Positions 9,697-19,294 of a stretch of DNA of 64,000 nt are shown here, one piece after another (position 1 is the first letter of the stretch; every line of letters begins with the position of its first letter). The position numbers and the translations under genes are program-made. This DNA comes from Ignavibacteriales bacterium (GTDB lineage: Bacteria; Bacteroidota; Ignavibacteria; Ignavibacteriales; SURF-24), in assembly GCA_050258815.1 (NCBI GenBank), contig JBLMZM010000176.1, positions 14,533 to 78,532 of the forward strand, in the 5' to 3' direction. Below the pieces are notes generated by a model, which made no database searches, was not told the DNA's origin, and worked only from the letters and a program-made list of their open reading frames with translations.

Positions 9697-10185
9697 TTAT
9701 TCTCCGCAGCATTTTTTGTATTTTTTTCCGCTGCCGCAGGGGCAAGGATCATTCCGTCCCGTCTTTTCCTCTATCCTGACGAACGGTTTGGCTGAAACAC
9801 CCTTACCATCCTCAAAATACCATTTTTCATCTTCTTTCTTAAAAGTAGAAAGCTCATGATGGTCCTTTTTTATTCCCTTCTGTGAAAAAGAAGCAATAAA
9901 TTCAACTTCCCCTTCGCTGTCCTCTGCACCTCCCCTGGAGGTATTCACGATCTCAATCCCCAGCCATTCTGATTTTTCCGACCATTGCTTAGTAGCCTCC
10001 CTGTCAAAATCATCCCTGTGCCCTGGGTGGGTTGTTTCATATATATAATCAATTTCCTGTTTTACATAAGCAGAATAGCGTGATCTCATTAATTCTTCGG
10101 CCGTCTGTGCAGTCCTTTCTCCTTTAATCAATGCTCCACAGCATTTGGAATACGACTTACCTGAGCCACACGGGCATTTTTCCAT
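9697..10185 (-). CDS. ychJ: YchJ-family protein (UPF0225) with two SEC-C zinc motifs
   Basis: The N-terminus has [14 protein letters not shown] and the C-terminus has [16 protein letters not shown], flanking an NTF2-like core. The size is 162 aa. Confidence 0.85.
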   Translation of the reverse strand: MEKCPCGSGKSYSKCCGALIKGERTAQTAEELMRSRYSAYVKQEIDYIYETTHPGHRDDFDREATKQWSEKSEWLGIEIVNTSRGGAEDSEGEVEFIASFSQKGIKKDHHELSTFKKEDEKWYFEDGKGVSAKPFVRIEEKTGRNDPCPCGSGKKYKKCCGE

Positions 10186-10279
10186 ATTTCTCCCTGATAG
10201 TTCTTTCTAGTTTTTGAATTTTCACTGTGCAAATATATAAAAAAATTATTTTCTACTTCTATAGAAATCATCATCCATT

Positions 10280-11167
10280 TTAATAACGGATCTTTTCAAA
10301 ACCCTTCCCGAATACTCCCATTACAGTTGCAATGGAAATGAAGGCTTCTTCATCCAGCTCTTTTACCATCCTCAGAATCAGGCTGATCTCGTTCTTGCGC
10401 GCAATTACCATCAGGATGTCTCTTTCCTCGTTTGTATACCAGCCCTTCCCTTTCAGGAAGGTAATACCACGGCCCAGTTCATTGCCTATCCTTTCGGCTA
10501 TCAGCTCGTTATTGTTAGAAAAAACAAAGACCTGTATGGATAGCTTTGACCCCTCCAGTATCATATCAATTGCATAGGAAGTCACAGCCATGGTCACATA
10601 ACCATAGACTATCTTTTCCAGTGATCCGAAGACCAGATATGAGGAGGAAATAATGAATACGTCAACCATCATTATTATTCTGCCGGGACTTATATTCCGG
10701 TATTTCCTTATTATCATGGCAATAATGTCGGTACCGCCAGTACTTCCCCCCTGTGTAAATACAATGCCTACCCCAACTCCTCCCAGTATGCCGCCAATAA
10801 TTGAGGCCATAAATGCGTCTTTTACAATAGGTCCCTTAATGGCCAGCTGAAGGAATGAGAAGAGGAAAGATAAAACCAGCACACCATATATGGTTTTTAT
10901 CCCAAAACTTGCCCCAAGCATCTTAATTGCGAGCAGCAGGAGGAACACGTTAACAATCAGGAAGGTCATTCCTACAGGAAATCCCGTCATAAAGTATATT
11001 AATGTTCCGGCACCGCTTGCCCCGCCTCCAACTATTCCGGCCGGGATCAGAAATGCTGTTAGTCCCAGGGCAATCAGAAAGAGCCCGAAGGTTATGATAA
11101 TATATGTTTTTAAAAATCCGAACTTATTGCTTTTCATATTCTTACGCCTGTATCTTCTGCAGTACAA
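10280..11167 (-). CDS. YitT-family membrane protein (DUF2179 C-terminal domain)
   Basis: Five hydrophobic helices with GGGASGAGTLIY and GGSTGGTDIIAMII repeats are followed by a soluble C-terminal domain (...ILMVIARKNEISLILRMVKELDEEAFISIATVMGVFGKGF). An alternative start is MKSNKFG at 11137. Confidence 0.8.
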   Translation of the reverse strand: MYCRRYRRKNMKSNKFGFLKTYIIITFGLFLIALGLTAFLIPAGIVGGGASGAGTLIYFMTGFPVGMTFLIVNVFLLLLAIKMLGASFGIKTIYGVLVLSFLFSFLQLAIKGPIVKDAFMASIIGGILGGVGVGIVFTQGGSTGGTDIIAMIIRKYRNISPGRIIMMVDVFIISSSYLVFGSLEKIVYGYVTMAVTSYAIDMILEGSKLSIQVFVFSNNNELIAERIGNELGRGITFLKGKGWYTNEERDILMVIARKNEISLILRMVKELDEEAFISIATVMGVFGKGFEKIRY

Positions 11168-11214
11168 AAAACATTTTGAAATATTAAATAAATAAGGTAC
11201 GTTTTGATAATAAA

Positions 11215-12681
11215 ATGAATACCAGAATTATGAAACAAAGATATAAAACATACAAATCGGCCAAATCCGATACAAACCAAAAACCCGCGACAGAAAGAAA
11301 AAGTGATACCGGGCGGAAATTTCCTCCGGAAGAAAGATTCCCCGGCAAGAAAAGACTTTCTGCGGATAAAAAATTTGATGCAGACAAAAAATTTCCCGCA
11401 GAAAAAAGATATTCTGCAGATAACAAATATTCTGCAGATGATAAATATTCTTCGGAAGAAAAAGTGCAGGCAGAAAGAAAACCATCATTTGCAGAAATCG
11501 TGCTTTCCAGGCTTCCGGCCGTGGTAAACGGACAAAACAGGACTCCGGATATCGAACCCCTGGCCAGGCTGGATTATGCCCAGGAGCTCAGGATCAAAAA
11601 TGAAGCCCTGGCCACCTTCTGGAAACAGCACAGACTCGCACAAAAGCCTGAGGCTATTTTCCCCTCCCCTAAGAAGCGGCACTACCGTACTACAACCAAA
11701 AGAAGAGTGATCTTCCGTGATGGAAAGTTTTACCTGAAATTCAGTGAGAATATACACGCTTATTCACAGAATGACTACAGCTATTCTGAACTTGAGCCCG
11801 AGGAACACAATGCCGTTTATAAGTTTCTGCTGGAAAAGATAAATGAACCGGCATACAAGCTGGCAGGGATGAACCTTAACTTCATTATAATCAGGGGCAG
11901 CTATACCGAATTTTCAGTAATATTTAATGTGCATTCACTAAATGCTTCGCTGGTCAGAAAGTTTAAGCTGCTTTCGGAACACCTGCAGAAACTGGAAACA
12001 AGGATAATTTCTGCTTTCTTATATCTGGATCCTACCCGTTCCGATTATTACCTGGAGAACCTGCGTCCCAAAGATCAGCTGAATTTCAAGAAGCTTTACG
12101 GTCCCGATAAACTTTTTATCTCAGCAGATGGTAAAAAATATTCATTTTACCCCACCTCATTTTCACAAATTAATGAGTCGATGATCCCGGTTATGCTAAA
12201 GGCGGCTACGGATATGCTTTCATCGGGTCAGGACAGCAGATTTATCGATCTGTACTGCGGATATGGCCTTTTTACGCACTATCTGGCCTCCTTTTTCCAG
12301 GAATCCATAGGAATTGAAGCCGAAGGTTTATCTGTTAGATCCGCCCAGGAGAACATCCCGTATTTTCATCACAGGAATAAAGTCAGGTTTATAGCAGAAA
12401 AAATTGATGCCTCCACGATTACCTCCACCCTGCCCATGGTCAGTAAATCCGAGGTCTTTCTGCTGGACCCTCCCAGACAGGGAACCGCACAGGGGGTAAT
12501 TAAATCAATTTCCCAGAGAGCGCCCGTTAAGGTGCTGCATATTTTCTGTGGTGTGGACCAGATTCCGCCGGAAGTTACACAATGGACGAAAAACGGCTAT
12601 AAGGTTGAACGGATCGTTCCGCTGGATATGTTTCCCGGTACACCCAATCTTGAAGTAATGATTCTGCTCAAAAAGAAATAA
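11215..12681 (+). CDS. class I SAM-dependent RNA (uracil-5)-methyltransferase-like protein (TrmA/RlmD family, divergent) with Lys-rich repeat tail
   Basis: SAM motif I is IDLYCGYGLF and motif IV is LLDPPRQG. I saw no TRAM or Fe-S N-terminal domain. The N-terminal ~90 aa are a charged hexapeptide repeat instead. Confidence 0.65.
   Translation: MNTRIMKQRYKTYKSAKSDTNQKPATERKSDTGRKFPPEERFPGKKRLSADKKFDADKKFPAEKRYSADNKYSADDKYSSEEKVQAERKPSFAEIVLSRLPAVVNGQNRTPDIEPLARLDYAQELRIKNEALATFWKQHRLAQKPEAIFPSPKKRHYRTTTKRRVIFRDGKFYLKFSENIHAYSQNDYSYSELEPEEHNAVYKFLLEKINEPAYKLAGMNLNFIIIRGSYTEFSVIFNVHSLNASLVRKFKLLSEHLQKLETRIISAFLYLDPTRSDYYLENLRPKDQLNFKKLYGPDKLFISADGKKYSFYPTSFSQINESMIPVMLKAATDMLSSGQDSRFIDLYCGYGLFTHYLASFFQESIGIEAEGLSVRSAQENIPYFHHRNKVRFIAEKIDASTITSTLPMVSKSEVFLLDPPRQGTAQGVIKSISQRAPVKVLHIFCGVDQIPPEVTQWTKNGYKVERIVPLDMFPGTPNLEVMILLKKK
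11317..11460 (+). repeat. in-frame 18-nt tandem repeat (about 8 units) encoding [KR]-[FYL]-x-x-[DE]-x hexapeptides
   Basis: Read directly from the sequence: KFPPEE RFPGKK RLSADK KFDADK KFPAEK RYSADN KYSADD KYSSEE. DNA units look like aaatattctgcagatgat / aaatattctgcagataac. The repeat also creates the spurious antisense ORFs 11184-11426 and 11228-11488. Confidence 0.8.
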
Positions 12682-12741
12682 AAAAAAACGGGATCTGGAT
12701 TAAAAAAGCCATAATGGCCTCATCTTCAGGTCCCGCTTTTT
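12682..12741. terminator. bidirectional intrinsic terminator between the convergent methyltransferase and cheW genes
   Basis: An A8 run is followed by stem CGGGATCTGGA (12689-12699), which pairs with TTCAGGTCCCG (12725-12735) using 2 G-U pairs. An inner GCCAT-A-ATGGC hairpin lies in the loop, and a CTTTTT run follows. Confidence 0.6.
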
Positions 12742-12756
12742 AATAAATCTGCGGTA

Positions 12757-13233
12757 TTAATCCTTGGCCAGTCCCATCAGTTCTTCTTTTTCACTTTGCA
12801 TCAGCACCAGTTCCAGATCCAGCAATAACAGCAGGCGGTCTTCCAGTTTGGCAACGGCAGTAATGTATTTGGAATTCATTCCCGCTGCAGTAGGGGGTTC
12901 CTCAGTGATATTTGCCGGTATTCTCAGCACCTCGTTTACGCTGTCTACCTTAAAGCCGGTGGTCTTGCCGTCCAGTTCCACGACTATTATTCTTGCATCC
13001 TTGTCGGCTTCTCTCTTCTCCATGCCGAGCTTTGTCCTCAGATCAACGACCGGAATTACCCTTCCACGCAGGTTGATTACCCCCTCAACGTATTCGGGAG
13101 CATTCGGAAATTTTGTAATCGTGATCATGCGGTTAATTTCCTGCACCTTTAAAATATCAATTCCAAATTCCTCTCTGCCTATATTAAAGCTCACGAGCTG
13201 AAGCAGATCAGAGGTGTTTTCATTCTTTTCCAT
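12757..13233 (-). CDS. cheW: chemotaxis coupling protein CheW
   Basis: 158 aa single CheW domain: LQLVSFNIGREEFGIDILKVQEINRM...VINLRGRVIPVVDLRTKLGM...IIVVELDGKTTGFKVDSVNEVL. Confidence 0.9.
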   Translation of the reverse strand: MEKNENTSDLLQLVSFNIGREEFGIDILKVQEINRMITITKFPNAPEYVEGVINLRGRVIPVVDLRTKLGMEKREADKDARIIVVELDGKTTGFKVDSVNEVLRIPANITEEPPTAAGMNSKYITAVAKLEDRLLLLLDLELVLMQSEKEELMGLAKD

Positions 13234-13293
13234 TGTTTCTCCAATTTAATTGAGCGGTATCTGAGATGTGTACCGCTGGTTTATGTGAAATAT

Positions 13294-15546
13294 TTACTTA
13301 CTTATTAATTTACCGTTTTGTCTTACCGCAAGATGCCTTTGAGCATGCATATTGCTATCCTGAGAACTGAGCCTGAACTTTGAAATGAGCTCCTGCAGGT
13401 TTACCGTCAGACGGTTCAGGTCCTCGGCAGCCCTGGCTATCTGCTCTGTTCCGGCGGCAGATTCCTGTGTTACGCTTGAAATACCCTCAACATTTTTCGA
13501 AATCTCTTCGGCTGCGGCCGACTGTTCCTCACTTGCTGCCGCTACCTGCATAACAACATCCGTCGTTTTCTTTGCTCCAAGCAGTATATCCTGCAGTACA
13601 TCTGCAACCTCTCCGGTCAGTTTCATACCTTCTTCAACCGAAGACCTTGCCATATTCATTGATTGATCTGCCTCTTTGGCTTCCCTCTGTATTGCCTTGA
13701 TCGTGTCAGCAATCTCCTTGGTAGCTTTTGTTGTGCGTTCTGCCAGCTTCCTGACCTCATCTGCCACAACTGCAAACCCGCGGCCCTGTTCACCGGCTCT
13801 GGCTGCCTCAATTGCAGCATTCAAAGCCAGCAGGTTTGTCTGGTCGGCAATGTCGTCAATTACCTGTGCAATTTCCCCGATCTGGTCAGTTTTACCCGAA
13901 AGCGAGCTTATGATCCTGGCAGTCGTTTGTGCTGAGGAAACGATTTTGTCCATCCCCTTTTGTGTATTCTGCACCTTGGTTGCTCCCAGTTCTGCCATTT
14001 CCCTGGAATTCTTTGCCATCTCGGCAGCTTCATTTGCATTCTTTGTGCTGTCCAGAATTGTCCTTGTCATCTGTTCTACGGCTCCAGCCACCTCGGTGGT
14101 CTGCTGGCTCTGTTCCTGGCTGCCTGCGGCCATCTGTTCACTTGAGCTGGATATCTCGTTTGCAGCACTGGCTGTGGCCTGTACGGCTTCAGTAACCATT
14201 GCAAGTGTATTATTCAGGTCACCAATCATTTTATTTACGTTTTTACCCAGCTGAAACAGGTCGCTTTTTTCATCCAGCTCCAGTGACGCCGTCAGGTCCC
14301 CGTTTGCCACCTGGTTTATTACTCCTGCAACCGGAGCAATCTGCTCATTCAGGTATTCCTTCTGTTTTGTCTCAAGCTCCCGCAGGTCAACAAAATTTGC
14401 AAAGCAGGCTACCATTTCGTTTTTGCTGTTAAAGATGGGACCCGATTGAATGAGTGCAGGAAATTTTACACCCGTGTGGTCCACTAGTGTGCGTTTTTCT
14501 CCTGACATAAAGTTACCGGCAAAAGCATTCCTGGTCACTGAATCCTGCAGGAATACATCCTTAACGTTCAGCTTCCCTATTACGTCCTCGGGTTTCTTGT
14601 TAAATTTCATCATGCTTAAGGAAGCTTTGTTAATTGAAAGAATATTTGTATCCTTATCGGCAATAAACATTGCCGCGGTCAATCCCTGCTGGAAGCTCTG
14701 GGCTATTGCTATTTCATCTTTTATTTTGCCAATCATCACGTTAAAGCCGTCTGAGAGATGGCCGATTTCGTCTTTGCTGGTATAATCCACATGAACCGAA
14801 AAATCTCCCCCCGCTACTTTGCCTGTAGCAGCACTCAGGTTTCCGATCGGCTTATTTACCTTTTTATTCACTATTATATAGGAAATTATCTGATTAATAA
14901 TGAGCGTAATTACCAGCAACACCATCAGATAAAGATAAGAATTACTTTTTGCCGCATATCTGTCAACTATTCCCTGTGTACGGTTATCCAAAAGCTTAAA
15001 GAATTCATCAATGGGCTGCAGGATGATCTCTCTCTGGTGATGGTAATTTTCATCATGAACCAGTCTTCTTGCAAGCTCCAAATCGGGTGCTCCCTGAACG
15101 GTATATTTGCCGTTTGCATCCTGGAAAAGCCCCTTGACCGCATTCATTGCCCTCTCCTCAGTTGAAACCAGCTCATTGGACTTATCCTCGGATTCTTTTA
15201 TCTTGTCAAATTCCGCCTGAGAAAAGTCGAGATCCTTCATCATTTGGGCAAATGAAATTGTCCTTCCGTCTTTCCTGGGCTTCTTGCCATTGGATATGTC
15301 CACCAGATCCCAGTATGATTTCTCATATTTATCATCACCGGTAACCACATAAGTCCTGGCCAGCCTGGTCAAATCCTCTGAATTCTGTCTTAACTCTATG
15401 GCAACCTGATACGATTTATACCTGATCTCCTGACTTTTAACAAGATCCTTCTGCGTCTGCATTAAAAGAAATGTTGAAACACCCAGGCCGGCTATTGCCA
15501 GTCCGGTTACAAAATAGATAATTATGAACATTTTCTTGATCGTCAT
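13294..15546 (-). CDS. methyl-accepting chemotaxis protein (periplasmic CHASE3/4HB-like sensor, HAMP, cytoplasmic PAS, HAMP, MA domain)
   Basis: 750 aa with two TM segments. The sensor carries [19 protein letters not shown], and a HAMP carries [26 protein letters not shown]. The highly conserved signalling tip is [40 protein letters not shown]. Confidence 0.95.
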   Translation of the reverse strand: MTIKKMFIIIYFVTGLAIAGLGVSTFLLMQTQKDLVKSQEIRYKSYQVAIELRQNSEDLTRLARTYVVTGDDKYEKSYWDLVDISNGKKPRKDGRTISFAQMMKDLDFSQAEFDKIKESEDKSNELVSTEERAMNAVKGLFQDANGKYTVQGAPDLELARRLVHDENYHHQREIILQPIDEFFKLLDNRTQGIVDRYAAKSNSYLYLMVLLVITLIINQIISYIIVNKKVNKPIGNLSAATGKVAGGDFSVHVDYTSKDEIGHLSDGFNVMIGKIKDEIAIAQSFQQGLTAAMFIADKDTNILSINKASLSMMKFNKKPEDVIGKLNVKDVFLQDSVTRNAFAGNFMSGEKRTLVDHTGVKFPALIQSGPIFNSKNEMVACFANFVDLRELETKQKEYLNEQIAPVAGVINQVANGDLTASLELDEKSDLFQLGKNVNKMIGDLNNTLAMVTEAVQATASAANEISSSSEQMAAGSQEQSQQTTEVAGAVEQMTRTILDSTKNANEAAEMAKNSREMAELGATKVQNTQKGMDKIVSSAQTTARIISSLSGKTDQIGEIAQVIDDIADQTNLLALNAAIEAARAGEQGRGFAVVADEVRKLAERTTKATKEIADTIKAIQREAKEADQSMNMARSSVEEGMKLTGEVADVLQDILLGAKKTTDVVMQVAAASEEQSAAAEEISKNVEGISSVTQESAAGTEQIARAAEDLNRLTVNLQELISKFRLSSQDSNMHAQRHLAVRQNGKLISK
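13701..13895 (-). repeat. near-identical DNA block shared with the neighbouring MCP gene (copy 1)
   Basis: My by-eye alignment to 16222-16416 shows about 8 mismatches in about 195 nt, including identity at synonymous positions. The flanking parts of the two genes are clearly more diverged. Confidence 0.75.
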
Positions 15547-15805
15547 TTTTACTCCAGTCTATTATTCAATATTTTCAGCAGTTTTTAATAAACCCATTCT
15601 GATTTTAAATATTATTAGAGTTATTATCGTTTCGATTTCAGGAAAATTAAATTGACATGCTGACAATACGTTATTTGTTATGGTCCCGGAAATACACATC
15701 CCCTTAAATGGATCACTAGAGGCACATACTACAAACCCTGACATTCATGTTTCCTAATGAATGTCAGGGCTTTTCTTCTGTCTTATTACTATACAGGTAC
15801 GCTTA

Positions 15806-17908
15806 TCATTGTCTTACAAGCCGGCCATTGCTCCTTACGGCAAAACGTTTCTGCTGCATACCAGGCTGCATCCCCTGCAGTTCATCACCGAGCCTGAACT
15901 TTGATATTATCTCCTGCAGATTTACAGTCAGGCGGTTCAGGTCCTCGGCGGCTCTGGCAATCTGTTCGGATCCTGCGGCACTTTGCTGTGTTACGCTGCT
16001 GATACCCTCAATATTTTTTGAGATCTGTTCGGCTGCACTGGACTGCTCTTCGCTGCCAGCTGCTACCTGGTTTACAAGGTCATTTACCTTGAAATTAACG
16101 TCATAGATTTCTCTGAGTACTTCCGCTACCTCTTCGGTAAGGCTCATGCCTATTTCGACGGATTTTTCGGCCTCATGCATCCTCAGGTTCGCTTCCTTTG
16201 CCTCATTCTGTATTTCCCTTATCGTGTCAGCAATCTCCTTGGTGGCTTTTGTTGTACGCTCTGCCAGCTTCCTGACCTCATCTGCCACAACTGCAAACCC
16301 ACGCCCCTGTTCCCCGGCTCTGGCTGCCTCAATTGCAGCATTCAAAGCCAGCAGGTTTGTCTGGTCGGCAATGTCATCAATTACCTGTGCAATTTCACCG
16401 ATCTGGTCAGTTTTACTGGCGAGAGATGAAATTTTCACGGCAGTACCCTTTGCAGCTTCAACTATATTACTTATTCCTGCTCTGGTTTCTTCAATTTTTT
16501 TCTTGCCTTTTTCAGCGCTTGCACTTGCGACCCTGGAGTGTTCAGAAGCAACAGAGGTATTCTTTGTGCTGTCAAGTATGGTTCTGGTCATCTGTTCAAC
16601 CGCACTTGCTACTTCACTGGTCTGCTGGCTTTGTTCCTGGCTGCCTGCGGCCATCTCCTCTGAACTGCTGGATATCTCGTTTGCAGCACTGGCTGTAGCC
16701 TGAACCGCTTCATTTACCTGCATTACCAGCGAGTGCAGGGAACCAGCGAACTGGTTGGCATTTTCCTGGAGTTTCCTGTAATTACCCTGGTAATCACCCG
16801 TCATCCTGGCAGTCAGATCCCCAGAACCCACTTTCTCTATTACTGCCTCATAATCTCTCACATTTTTCATTATAGTATTTAGCGTATTGTTAAATCCCGC
16901 TATTATAAGCTTATACCCGCCCTGGAATTTGTCCGTATTACCGCGTTTTTCCAGGTTACCGCTTATTGCGGCATGGGCAAGCCCGTTAACTTCTTCGACC
17001 AAACCTTTTATCGTTGAACTCAGTTTATTCAGAACAGGAGCAATCTGATCGTCCTTATCAAACATGGGAGCCTCAAAGTCTGCATCACCTGCGGCAATTC
17101 TGTTTAATGCACCACAAATATTCTCCTCCACCTGTTTGGCAAATTGATCCAGCGCTTTACCCATTTCTCCCAGTTCATCCTTGCTGTCCAGATTTACTCT
17201 TGCCTTTACGTGTCCCTTATTCATCTCCTGTACCATAAACAATACTTTGTTTACGCTGTTCTTAACCAGCCTTGATATTACGTTTCCAAAGAAGACAGAA
17301 GCTGCTATGCCTATCAGGGTTATTACCAGCATTACTCTGGAAGCTGTACTTGCCTGTTCCATATTTGCTGCCGACCTGTCGCTGGCCTCTTTAAGGAATT
17401 CATCCACAAGTTTTTCAATTGCTGCCTGTTCATCCATTGCAGTGCTGGTCATTTCTCCCTGAAGCAGAGTTAATGCTTCCGCGTCTCTATTCTGATAGGC
17501 CAGTTCCGACAGTGTTTTAAGGTGTGCCCTGTAGGGTTTGCGCGATTCAACAAAATTATTAAAAAACATCCTCGATCTTTCAGAAGGAAGCACCTTTTCA
17601 ATTGCTTCTACCTCGCTGCTGATTACACGGGAGTATTCCTGAATTTCCTCGGCATGCTTCTTAATTTCGACAGGATCATTAGCATCTACCATCTCTCTGG
17701 CACTGATCCTGACCCTGTGAAATCTCTGCTGAATATTGCCGAGTTTTGCAATTGGCACCGTCATGGTTGAATATACCTTAGAATAAGAACTGTCAATGCT
17801 ATTCATGTTCAAAACGCCAACAAAACCTACCAGAAGTGTTACCAGGGAAACTAACACAAATCCTATAAGAAGTTTTGTACGGATTTTCTGATCTTTAAAC
17901 CATTTCAT
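15806..17908 (-). CDS. methyl-accepting chemotaxis protein (4HB_MCP sensor, poly-HAMP array, MA domain)
   Basis: 700 aa. The N-terminus [23 protein letters not shown]... is typical of the 4-helix-bundle class. Several HAMP-like units follow (GDADFEAPM..., [16 protein letters not shown]..., [15 protein letters not shown]...). The signalling tip is the same as in the neighbouring MCP. Confidence 0.95.
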   Translation of the reverse strand: MKWFKDQKIRTKLLIGFVLVSLVTLLVGFVGVLNMNSIDSSYSKVYSTMTVPIAKLGNIQQRFHRVRISAREMVDANDPVEIKKHAEEIQEYSRVISSEVEAIEKVLPSERSRMFFNNFVESRKPYRAHLKTLSELAYQNRDAEALTLLQGEMTSTAMDEQAAIEKLVDEFLKEASDRSAANMEQASTASRVMLVITLIGIAASVFFGNVISRLVKNSVNKVLFMVQEMNKGHVKARVNLDSKDELGEMGKALDQFAKQVEENICGALNRIAAGDADFEAPMFDKDDQIAPVLNKLSSTIKGLVEEVNGLAHAAISGNLEKRGNTDKFQGGYKLIIAGFNNTLNTIMKNVRDYEAVIEKVGSGDLTARMTGDYQGNYRKLQENANQFAGSLHSLVMQVNEAVQATASAANEISSSSEEMAAGSQEQSQQTSEVASAVEQMTRTILDSTKNTSVASEHSRVASASAEKGKKKIEETRAGISNIVEAAKGTAVKISSLASKTDQIGEIAQVIDDIADQTNLLALNAAIEAARAGEQGRGFAVVADEVRKLAERTTKATKEIADTIREIQNEAKEANLRMHEAEKSVEIGMSLTEEVAEVLREIYDVNFKVNDLVNQVAAGSEEQSSAAEQISKNIEGISSVTQQSAAGSEQIARAAEDLNRLTVNLQEIISKFRLGDELQGMQPGMQQKRFAVRSNGRLVRQ
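16222..16416 (-). repeat. near-identical DNA block shared with the neighbouring MCP gene (copy 2)
   Basis: Partner of 13701-13895 at an offset of 2521 nt. It encodes [10 protein letters not shown]...[50 protein letters not shown]. Confidence 0.75.
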
Positions 17909-17955
17909 ATTTTTTCCTCAAATTGATAATTTTAATATTTTGTTCCGGACACAAA

Positions 17956-18327
17956 TTAATTTACTATTGGCAGATTGTTCGAAATTACATTAATTAGTTC
18001 TTTGATTTTGAACGGTTTTGTAATATAATGGCAAGCGCCTGCTTCCATACCTGTTTTCACGTCCTCCAAATCGGTTTTTGCAGTTAAAATAATGAACGGT
18101 GTAGATTTCAAAAGAGATTGCTGCCTGACTTTCTTCAGCAGTTCCAGACCGTTCATCACGGGCATCATTATGTCTGAGATAATAATATCAGGAACCGTTT
18201 CCGAAATCTTCTGCATTGCCTCTTTTCCATTTGCCGCCTCAATGGTCTCATAACCAGCGATCTCAAGGAATGCTTTAATTCCCTGGCGCAGGTCATCTTC
18301 ATCTTCCACTAACATTATCTTATACAT
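17956..18327 (-). CDS. single-domain response regulator (CheY-like receiver)
   Basis: 123 aa. The acidic pocket is VEDEDD, the phospho-acceptor is in IIISDIMMP, the conserved Thr is in ILTAKT and the conserved Lys is in ITKPF. There is no output domain. Confidence 0.85.
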   Translation of the reverse strand: MYKIMLVEDEDDLRQGIKAFLEIAGYETIEAANGKEAMQKISETVPDIIISDIMMPVMNGLELLKKVRQQSLLKSTPFIILTAKTDLEDVKTGMEAGACHYITKPFKIKELINVISNNLPIVN

Positions 18328-18378
18328 AATTTTCCGGTTTTTCTGTTATATTCGGCTACAAAGAAGCACATATTAACG

Positions 18379-18443
18379 GATTGATTTATGTGATTGAATT
18401 TTGGTCTGAGCGAATTACTATTGCTCTGAGTGATTGATTTTGG
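18379..18443. repeat. direct repeats GATTGA(A)TTT(TGG) in the promoter region of the CheY-MCP-MCP-CheW unit
   Basis: GATTGATTT lies at 18379, GTGATTGAATTTTGG at 18390 and GTGATTGATTTTGG at 18430. TCTGAG[C/T]GA also occurs twice. All lie in the 190-nt gap between the LytTR regulator stop and the receiver-gene start. Confidence 0.5.
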
Positions 18444-18517
18444 ATGGATCTGGAGCCGTAAATTTCAGTTTATGAAGTCTTAATGATAAAGGATCGTTCC
18501 TGAAAGGTAAAACATGG

Positions 18518-19294
18518 CTAAAGTTTTAGCTGCGACCTGATCTTTGAGGCGTATCTCTGACTTATTGTAAAAGCCTTTTCAATTCCTTTTATGTGAACCA
18601 GATAAGTACCGCTGGTCCATTTTGAGATTTTGTCAATAAAGTTCATATTAATTATTATTGCCCGGTGAATCCTTATAAAAACATTAGGATCGAGCGACTT
18701 TTCCCACATTTCGATGGATTTTCTGTAAGTAATACTCTTCCCTGACGCGAGGTAAATCTGACTGTAGTTCCCGGAAGCTTCAATGGCTTTTATATCCCCG
18801 ATCCTGATTACCTTAGGAGAATTATCACTAAAATTTGCAAACAGTCTGTCGTCCTGTGACAATTTTTTATTTTCGACTCCCGTCTCCGGAAGATTAGTGT
18901 TCTGTGTTTTTTTCTTCAGGATTTCACAATGGCGCTTTAACCTGGTATCGATTACTTTAAGTAATGCAGGCAGGTCAAAGGGTTTAACCACATAATCGTC
19001 AGCACCCAGATCCATGCCTTCCCTGAAGCTTTTCATTTCTGCCTTTGCCGTCAGAAAAATAAAAGGCACAGCCGCAAGGTCCCTGTCCTCATTTAATATT
19101 TCCTTCATCCTGAAGCCGTCCAGCCTGGGCATCATAATGTCACAGATTATGAGGTCAGGCAGATCTTTTTTTGCATTTTTCAGGCCTTCAATTCCGTCCG
19201 ATGCCAAAGAAACAGTATATCCGTTTATCTCCAGAAGATCTCTTAGTCCTTCCCTTAAGCTCGTGTCGTCCTCAATTAAAAGTATTTTTATCAT
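18518..19294 (-). CDS. LytR/AlgR-family response regulator (REC + LytTR DNA-binding domain)
   Basis: 258 aa. The receiver has DLIICDIMMP and VVKPF. The C-terminal LytTR domain reads ...IRIGDIKAIEASGNYSQIYL...FIRIHRAIIINMNFI.... Its start overlaps the kinase stop by 4 nt. Confidence 0.9.
   Translation of the reverse strand: MIKILLIEDDTSLREGLRDLLEINGYTVSLASDGIEGLKNAKKDLPDLIICDIMMPRLDGFRMKEILNEDRDLAAVPFIFLTAKAEMKSFREGMDLGADDYVVKPFDLPALLKVIDTRLKRHCEILKKKTQNTNLPETGVENKKLSQDDRLFANFSDNSPKVIRIGDIKAIEASGNYSQIYLASGKSITYRKSIEMWEKSLDPNVFIRIHRAIIINMNFIDKISKWTSGTYLVHIKGIEKAFTISQRYASKIRSQLKL

Noticed and set aside
11184-11488. Two antisense ORFs (80 and 86 aa) over the methyltransferase N-terminus
   Set aside because: They are generated by the 18-nt tandem repeat, which keeps all frames open. 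The translation is repetitive (NFLSA / NIFxLQ) and neither ORF has an RBS.
13676-14254. 192-aa ORF, plus nested ORFs at 13663-13935, 13929-14195 and 13960-14145, antisense to the first MCP gene
   Set aside because: It lies entirely inside a confidently identified MCP signalling domain. The Ala/Ser/Cys-rich translation is low-complexity. This is typical of the reverse frame of Ala/Glu/Gln-rich coiled coils.
15562-15744. 60-aa ORF in the spacer between the two MCP genes
   Set aside because: It is at the minimum length with no RBS, and it occupies the expected promoter region of the downstream MCP.
16146-16703. 185-aa antisense ORF inside the second MCP gene
   Set aside because: It has the same cause as the ORF in the first MCP gene. 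It is near-identical to that antisense ORF only because the sense strands share the conserved tip.
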